Shown: positions 58,752-64,000 of the stretch, piece by piece
Position numbering within the stretch: position 1 is the stretch's first letter
Layout: every line of letters begins with the position of its first letter
Assembly (NCBI GenBank): GCA_051749325.1
Contig: JBNJIL010000013.1
Span: forward strand, 1,294-65,293
Length of the DNA stretch: 64,000 nucleotides
DNA from: Pseudomonadota bacterium
GTDB taxonomy: Bacteria > Pseudomonadota > Gammaproteobacteria > Pseudomonadales > Halomonadaceae
Reading direction: 5' to 3'
The notes under the pieces: model-generated
Told to the model about the DNA's origin: nothing
Seen by the model: the letters and a program-made list of their open reading frames with translations, nothing else
Databases searched by the model: none
Position numbers and translations under genes: made by a program

Positions 58752-61252
58752 TACTGACCGCCCTGCTGACCCTGCTGTCCCACTACCGCCGCCACCCCGG
58801 CCAGCTGGCCATGCTGCTGCTGGGCCTCTGGGTGGCCGGGGCGCTGTGGAGTGGGGTGCAGGCCATCAATGCCTCGGCCCGCGACAGCTACGACCGGGCC
58901 GAGGCGCTCTTCACCACCGGCCTGGACCGCCTGGAACGCCGCGACGGCGAGCCTCTCGACCGCGAGGACTTCGTGACCCTGCGCCGTGCCGGCCTGCCCG
59001 TCTCACCGCTGCTGGAAGGCCGGGTGGTCACGGCACAGGGGGAGCGGCTGACGGTGATTGGCATCGACCCGCTGACCCTGCCCGGCGACAGCGCCTTCGC
59101 CACGGCAGGGAGTGGCGGTGAGCTGACGGCCTTCTTCACGCCGCCCTGGCAGACCCGGCTGGCCCCGGACACCGCCCCGCGGCTGGGCCTCGAGCGGCAG
59201 GCGGCCCCCGGCGCCGAACCGGTGCTGGCCGATGGCCACCGGCTGCCGCCGCTGGCGCTCGCGCCATCGCTGCCCCCAGATACCCTGGTGATGGACATCG
59301 CCGCTGCGGCGCGGCTGCTGGAACGGGGCGCCATGTTCAGCCGGCTGGTGAGCGCCCCCGGGGCGCTTGAGTCGGCACCCGCGGGCTACCGACTCAGCCG
59401 CGCCGAGACCCTGGTCGACCCGGGCGAGCTCACCGCCAGCTTCCACCTCAACCTCACGGCCATGGCGCTGCTGGCGCTGATCGTCGGGCTCTTCATCGTC
59501 CAGGCGGCGCTGGGCCTGGCGCTGGAGCAGCGACTGGGGCTGCTGCGTACCCTGCGCGCCCTGGGCGTATCCGGGCGCACCCTGGTTGCCCTGCTGGCGC
59601 TCGAACTGCTGCTGCTGGGCAGCATCGGTGCCCTGGCAGGCATCGCCAGCGGTGTCTGGCTGGCCCATGCCCTGCTGCCGGACGTGGCCGCCACGCTGGG
59701 CAGCCTCTACGGTGCCACGGTGAGCTCGCAGCTGCGCCTGCCCTGGCACTACTGGCTGGGTGGGGTCGGCGTGACCCTGGGCGGGCTCTTCATTGCCGGC
59801 AGCGGCATGCTGTGGCGAGCCGCGCGCCTCGGCGTGCTGGGGCTCGGCCAGGCCCAGGCCTGGCGCGCCGGCTTCCAGCGCCAGCTGCGGGGCCAGGCCA
59901 TTGCCGGCCTCCTGGCGGCCCTGCTGGCCCTGGCGGTGTGGGCCTGGCTGGCCACGCAGCCGGCCGGCGAGGGGCTCCTCGCCGGCTTCGTGCTGGTCGC
60001 AGCGGTGATGCTGGCCTCTGCCCTCTGGCTGTCGCCGCTGCTGGCGGCCGGGCTTGCCGGCCTGGGCAGGCTCGCCCGGCACCGCCCCCTGACCCAGTGG
60101 GCCCTGGCCGATCTCCAGCTCCAGCTGCCGCGCCTCTCGCTGGCCATGATGGCACTGCTGATCGCGCTTTCCGCCAACCTGGGCGTGGGCAGCATGGTCG
60201 GCGGCTTTCGCCTGACCTTCCTCGACTGGCTCGACCAGCGGCTGACCGCCGACCTCTACCTGCGGCCACCGGCCGAACGGTTCGATGCGGTACGCGCCTG
60301 GCTCGACACCCGCGACGAGGTGGCCGAGCTGCTGCCCACCGCCGACGCCGACTCGACCCTGCGCCAGGTGCAGGCCGGGGCCGACGCACGGCGCCTCGAC
60401 GTCCCGGTATCGCTGTTCGGTATCACGCCGGGCCGGCGGCTCACCCCGACCTGGCCGCTGCTCGAGACGCGCGCCGGGCGGGAGGCCGCCTGGGCGGCGC
60501 TGGAGGACGGCGACGCCTTCATCAACGAGCAGCTGGCCCTCGGCCAGGGCATCACCCCGGGAGACCGACTGGTACTCCGTGCACCGAACGGACGACAGCA
60601 GGTCACGGTGGCAGCCACCTACCCCGACTACGGCAACCCCCGCGGCGAGGTGCTGCTGACGGCGACGGCCCTGCGGGAGCGCTTTGCCGGCGCACCGAGT
60701 TCGCTGGGCATCGTGCTCGCCGATGCGGCTAGCCGCGAGACGCTCTCGCGGGCACTCACCGAGCGCTTCTCGCTGGATTCGCAGGCGTTGATCGACCAGC
60801 GCCAGGTCAAGTCGCTCTCCACCGAGATCTTCGAGCGCACCTTCGCCATCACCCGGGCGCTCAACGCCCTGACCCTGGCCGTGGCGGCCCTGGCCCTGCT
60901 CGCCAGTCTGCTCGCCCAGGCGCGAGAGCGCCGCCGCCGGCTGGCGCCACTGTGGGCACTGGGCGTGACCCGTGGACGCCTGGCGGGCATCCAGCTGGTC
61001 CAGCTGGGCGGAGCCTCGCTGGTCACGGGGCTGGCGGCCGTGCCACTGGGCATTGCCATCACCGCCTGCCTGGTAGCGGTGATCAACGTCGCCGCCTTTG
61101 GCTGGCGCCTGCCGCTGCATGTCTTTCCCGACCAGATCGCCCTGACCCTGGCGACCGCCCTGGGCGTGGCGCTGCTGGCGACCGGCCTGCCGGCCCTGAC
61201 ACTGTGGCGTACGCCGCCTCGCACCCTGCTGGCCGAGGAGGAAACGCCATGA
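58742..61252 (+). CDS. FtsX-family ABC transporter permease (two FtsX modules)
   Basis: 836 aa with hydrophobic clusters at both ends, each following a large periplasmic segment. Overlaps the ATPase gene by 10 nt. Confidence 0.8.
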   Translation: MRLILTALLTLLSHYRRHPGQLAMLLLGLWVAGALWSGVQAINASARDSYDRAEALFTTGLDRLERRDGEPLDREDFVTLRRAGLPVSPLLEGRVVTAQGERLTVIGIDPLTLPGDSAFATAGSGGELTAFFTPPWQTRLAPDTAPRLGLERQAAPGAEPVLADGHRLPPLALAPSLPPDTLVMDIAAAARLLERGAMFSRLVSAPGALESAPAGYRLSRAETLVDPGELTASFHLNLTAMALLALIVGLFIVQAALGLALEQRLGLLRTLRALGVSGRTLVALLALELLLLGSIGALAGIASGVWLAHALLPDVAATLGSLYGATVSSQLRLPWHYWLGGVGVTLGGLFIAGSGMLWRAARLGVLGLGQAQAWRAGFQRQLRGQAIAGLLAALLALAVWAWLATQPAGEGLLAGFVLVAAVMLASALWLSPLLAAGLAGLGRLARHRPLTQWALADLQLQLPRLSLAMMALLIALSANLGVGSMVGGFRLTFLDWLDQRLTADLYLRPPAERFDAVRAWLDTRDEVAELLPTADADSTLRQVQAGADARRLDVPVSLFGITPGRRLTPTWPLLETRAGREAAWAALEDGDAFINEQLALGQGITPGDRLVLRAPNGRQQVTVAATYPDYGNPRGEVLLTATALRERFAGAPSSLGIVLADAASRETLSRALTERFSLDSQALIDQRQVKSLSTEIFERTFAITRALNALTLAVAALALLASLLAQARERRRRLAPLWALGVTRGRLAGIQLVQLGGASLVTGLAAVPLGIAITACLVAVINVAAFGWRLPLHVFPDQIALTLATALGVALLATGLPALTLWRTPPRTLLAEEETP

Positions 61253-62406
61253 CGCGCTGGTTGACCTGGCTGCCGGTGGCACTGCTGGTCAGCCTGCTGG
61301 CGGGCTGCGAGGGGGAGATGTCCCCTGCGCCTTCCCAGGGCTTCGCCGGGCTGGGGGCCGACGCTGACGGCTTCCGGGAAGCCACACCGGGGACTCGCCT
61401 GCGCTTTCCCGAGGACCATGGCCCTCACCCCGACTTTCGTATCGAATGGTGGTACCTCACCGCCAACCTCGAAGACGCGAACGGTGAGTCGCTGGGCGCG
61501 CAGTGGACCCTGTTCCGTCAGGCCCAGCAGCCGCCGGAAGAGCGCCCTGACACGGCGGGCCCCTGGGCCGCCGACCAGCTGTGGATGGCCCATCTGGCCG
61601 TCTCCCGAGGCGAAACCCACCGGGTGGCCGAACGCTTCGCCCGCAGCAGCTCGCGGGAAAGCGACCCCGACGACGACCAGGCCGGCGTCACCGCGTCCCC
61701 CTTCCGGGCCTGGCTCGACGACTGGACGCTGGTCAGCCGAGGCGACGAGCCAGAAGGCGATGCCCTCGACCGCCTCGCCCTCTCCGCTCACGCCGGAACG
61801 GACGGGGCACGCTTCGGCTACCGGCTGGACCTGGAGGCCGAGGGACCCCTGGTCGTTCACGGCGAGAACGGCTTCAGCCAGAAGTCGGCCGACGGCCAGG
61901 GTTCGATCTATGTCAGCCAGCCCTTCTACCGGGTCAGCGGCGAGGTCATCCTGGAGGGTGCCTCGCATCAGGTGACAGGTCGCGCCTGGCTCGACCGCGA
62001 ATGGAGCAGCCAGCTGCTCGGCCCCGACCAGGCGGGCTGGGACTGGTTTTCGCTGCATCTGGCCGATGGCCACCGGCTGATGGCCTTCCGCCTGCGCGGC
62101 GGCGGCGTGGGCGGCGATGACTACCTCTCGGGCAGCTGGATCACCCCCGCAGGCGAGACCACGCCCCTCGAGGATGACAGCCTCGTCCTCGAGCCTCTGG
62201 CCACCTCGGCCGTGGCCGGCCGTGAGCTGCCCACTCGCTGGCGGCTGCAGCTCCCGGACCAGGACCTCGACCTGATCGTCGAGGCACCCCACGCCGATCG
62301 CTGGATGGCCACCACGGTGAGCTACTGGGAGGGCGAGGTGATCGCCCGTGATCGCCGAAGCGACGAGCCCCTGGGAGAAGGCTACCTGGAGATGACGGGG
62401 TATTGA
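61249..62406 (+). CDS. lipoprotein with CrtC/AttH-like (hydroxyneurosporene-synthase-like, lipocalin) domain
   Basis: ATG 61249 overlaps the permease stop (ATGA). Lipobox LVSLLAGC. Motifs FPEDHGPHPDFRIEWWYLTANL and EGYLEMTGY are typical of the AttH/CrtC-like family. Confidence 0.7.
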   Translation: MTRWLTWLPVALLVSLLAGCEGEMSPAPSQGFAGLGADADGFREATPGTRLRFPEDHGPHPDFRIEWWYLTANLEDANGESLGAQWTLFRQAQQPPEERPDTAGPWAADQLWMAHLAVSRGETHRVAERFARSSSRESDPDDDQAGVTASPFRAWLDDWTLVSRGDEPEGDALDRLALSAHAGTDGARFGYRLDLEAEGPLVVHGENGFSQKSADGQGSIYVSQPFYRVSGEVILEGASHQVTGRAWLDREWSSQLLGPDQAGWDWFSLHLADGHRLMAFRLRGGGVGGDDYLSGSWITPAGETTPLEDDSLVLEPLATSAVAGRELPTRWRLQLPDQDLDLIVEAPHADRWMATTVSYWEGEVIARDRRSDEPLGEGYLEMTGY

Positions 62407-62442
62407 TGGGCGCGGACTGAAGATCGCGCCCACTGACACAAC

Positions 62443-62466
62443 GAGGCCGCCCCGGGGGGCGGCCTC
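62443..62466. terminator. GC-rich hairpin between convergent genes
   Basis: GAGGCCGCCCC-GG-GGGGCGGCCTC, an 11-bp stem, between the stops at 62406 (+) and 62490 (-). Confidence 0.6.
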
Positions 62467-62489
62467 GCGAGCATGCCGTCATGGCATCA

Positions 62490-63458
62490 TCAGGCGTCGG
62501 GGATCTCCAGCGCCTGCTGCACCGCCGGCCAGCCCGCCTCGCCGTCGCGGGTGGTCACGCCCTCGAGGAAGGCCTGTACCTTGCCGGGGTTGGCGCGAAT
62601 CCAGTCCAGCGCCACCACCTCGGGCTCGCGCTCCTCATAGCTGAAGCCGCGGATCATCTCGCTCTGATCCTCGGCCGTGAAGCTGAGCTGGTCGAGCAGC
62701 CGGGTGGCGTTGGGCGCGGCCTCGGCAAAGTCGCTGGTCACCAGGGTCCGCACGTCACTGCGACCGCCATCCGGGCCCCACATGTCCTGGGTGTCGGTCA
62801 GGTACTCGACGTCGTACTCGATGTTCATCCAGTGCGGCGTCCAGCCGGCGAAGACGATCCACTCTTCGCGATCGATGGCCGCTTCGACGGCGCTGAGCAT
62901 GCCCGGCGTGGAGGTCTCGGAGAGGTTCCAGTCGCCCAGGCCATAGGTGTCGTCCTCCACGGCCTCGTTGAGGGTGTCGCTCATGCCGGAGCCGACCTCG
63001 ATGGAGTAGACGGTACGGCCGAGCTTCTCGGCGATCTCCTCGTCCGCCAGATCCTCGGCGGAGGTGACACCGGCCTCATGGACATAGGTCGGCACCGCGA
63101 AGCCCAGTCGCGCGCCGTCGACATTGTTGCCGAGGTCGACGATCAGGCCCTTGTCCATGGTGGTATCGAACATCGACTGCTGAGCGGGCAGCCAGGCCGC
63201 CAGGAAGGCATCCAGTTCGCCCTGGGTGAGGGCCTCGTAGGTGATGGTGGAGCCGAGCTCCTGCTGGCGGGTCTGGTAGCCCAGAGCGTCCAGCAGCTCA
63301 GCGGCCAGGGCGGTCTTGACGGTCACGCCGGGCCAGGCGGGGACAGAGAAGCGCACCTCGCCAGGCTCTTCGGCCAGGGCAGCGGAACTCCAGGCCAGCG
63401 GCGCCGCCAGCAGGGCACCGGCCAGGGCAAGGGGAACGGGGCGGTTGAGCACTTTCAT
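62490..63458 (-). CDS. glycine betaine/proline betaine-type ABC transporter substrate-binding protein (ProX/OpuAC family)
   Basis: ATG 63458 (MKVLNRPVPLALAGALLAAPLAWSSAALA signal peptide). OpuAC-like core (VTVKTALAAELLDALGY...AWLP...GWTPHWM). Confidence 0.75.
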   Translation of the reverse strand: MKVLNRPVPLALAGALLAAPLAWSSAALAEEPGEVRFSVPAWPGVTVKTALAAELLDALGYQTRQQELGSTITYEALTQGELDAFLAAWLPAQQSMFDTTMDKGLIVDLGNNVDGARLGFAVPTYVHEAGVTSAEDLADEEIAEKLGRTVYSIEVGSGMSDTLNEAVEDDTYGLGDWNLSETSTPGMLSAVEAAIDREEWIVFAGWTPHWMNIEYDVEYLTDTQDMWGPDGGRSDVRTLVTSDFAEAAPNATRLLDQLSFTAEDQSEMIRGFSYEEREPEVVALDWIRANPGKVQAFLEGVTTRDGEAGWPAVQQALEIPDA

Positions 63459-63546
63459 CGGGTCTCCTTGGCAGGTCATGCCATGAACGAACATGGACGA
63501 GACCTTATCGCTCCAGGCCGTTGAAGGCAAAGCCCGCCCCGCCGGC

Positions 63547-64000
63547 TCAGTCGCCCATCTGGCCGAGGCGATCGGCCTGCACGACCTCGATCCAGTAGCC
63601 ATCGACATCCTTGACGAAGACCACGTCCTTCATCCTGCCCTGGTCGCCGCGCTTGACGAAGGTCACGCCGTTGGCGTCGAACCAGGCCTGGGCGGCCTCG
63701 AGGTCGGGCACGCTGAAGCAGATATGGCCGAAGCCCTGGGGGTCGGCATTGCCGTCATGGTAGGCGAAGTCCTGCTGCGCCTCGGTACCCCAGTTGTGCG
63801 TCAGCTCGAGCACGCCGCGCTGACGGAAGGTCCATACGGTACGTTCGGCGGTCTCTTCCGGGACGCGCTCACTGGCGTCCGGCCGGGCCAGGAAGTAGAG
63901 CGAGAACTGCATCTCCTCGAAGTCGAGCCGACGCAGCACCTGCATGCCGAAGACCCGTGTATAGAAGGCCAGCGCCTTCTCCGGATCCTTGATCCGCAGC
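63547..64000 (-). CDS. gloA: lactoylglutathione lyase (Glo1-type glyoxalase I), 5' end beyond the window
   Basis: Motifs HNWGTE and GFGHICF. The frame stays open from 63945 to the window edge (LRIKDPEKALAFYTRVFGMQVL...), so the ORF-track Met is internal. Confidence 0.8.
   Translation of the reverse strand, partial: LRIKDPEKALAFYTRVFGMQVLRRLDFEEMQFSLYFLARPDASERVPEETAERTVWTFRQRGVLELTHNWGTEAQQDFAYHDGNADPQGFGHICFSVPDLEAAQAWFDANGVTFVKRGDQGRMKDVVFVKDVDGYWIEVVQADRLGQMGD

Overview
The window looks like chromosomal DNA from a high-G+C gammaproteobacterium. A Halomonas-like organism is my guess from composition and the acidic proteins, and that is inference only. It contains two compositionally distinct insertions.

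(1) nt 1 to ~9200 is a clearly lower-G+C block. It carries a Sel1-repeat protein cut by the window edge, an acyl-CoA ligase / thiolase-like / short-chain dehydrogenase operon, a PAS-LuxR regulator and a TRAP transporter. It ends in a long non-coding stretch just upstream of typA/bipA.

(2) nt 28012-39784 is a complete type I-C CRISPR-Cas locus on the minus strand, in the order cas3-cas5-cas8c-cas7-cas4-cas1-cas2, then an AT-rich leader, then the array. I hand-counted 59 copies of a 33-bp repeat and 58 spacers of 32-38 bp.

The remainder is ordinary core or accessory metabolism:
- an SNF-family symporter and a LIV-type ABC system with a convergent binding protein
- a dienelactone hydrolase / C45 peptidase pair
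- a MaoC-PTA fusion with acetate kinase
- a secreted DNase-I-like nuclease and a DUF2235 hydrolase
- an MFS transporter and an aldo/keto reductase
- a porin followed by phnDCE
- a LysR regulator divergent from a dabB-dabA (DAB-type inorganic carbon pump) pair
- a UbiH-family hydroxylase and TspO
- znuCBA preceded by an unannotated 49-codon ORF
- an AttEFGH-like ABC exporter with a CrtC-like lipoprotein
- a glycine-betaine binding protein
- a Glo1-type glyoxalase cut by the right edge

I found no rRNA, tRNA, transposase or integrase.

I do not see an unambiguous new multi-gene system. The strongest observations are:
- two near-identical spacers, one old and one recent, that differ like alleles of a coding sequence
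- a phased CTCAT-type repeat array upstream of cas3
- a shared palindromic operator in the low-G+C island
- Fur-like boxes flanking two divergent small genes of unknown function
- a translationally coupled His/Cys-rich micro-ORF in front of znuC

Many long ORFs in the six-frame track are antisense or off-frame artefacts of high G+C. Others are translations of the CRISPR repeat.
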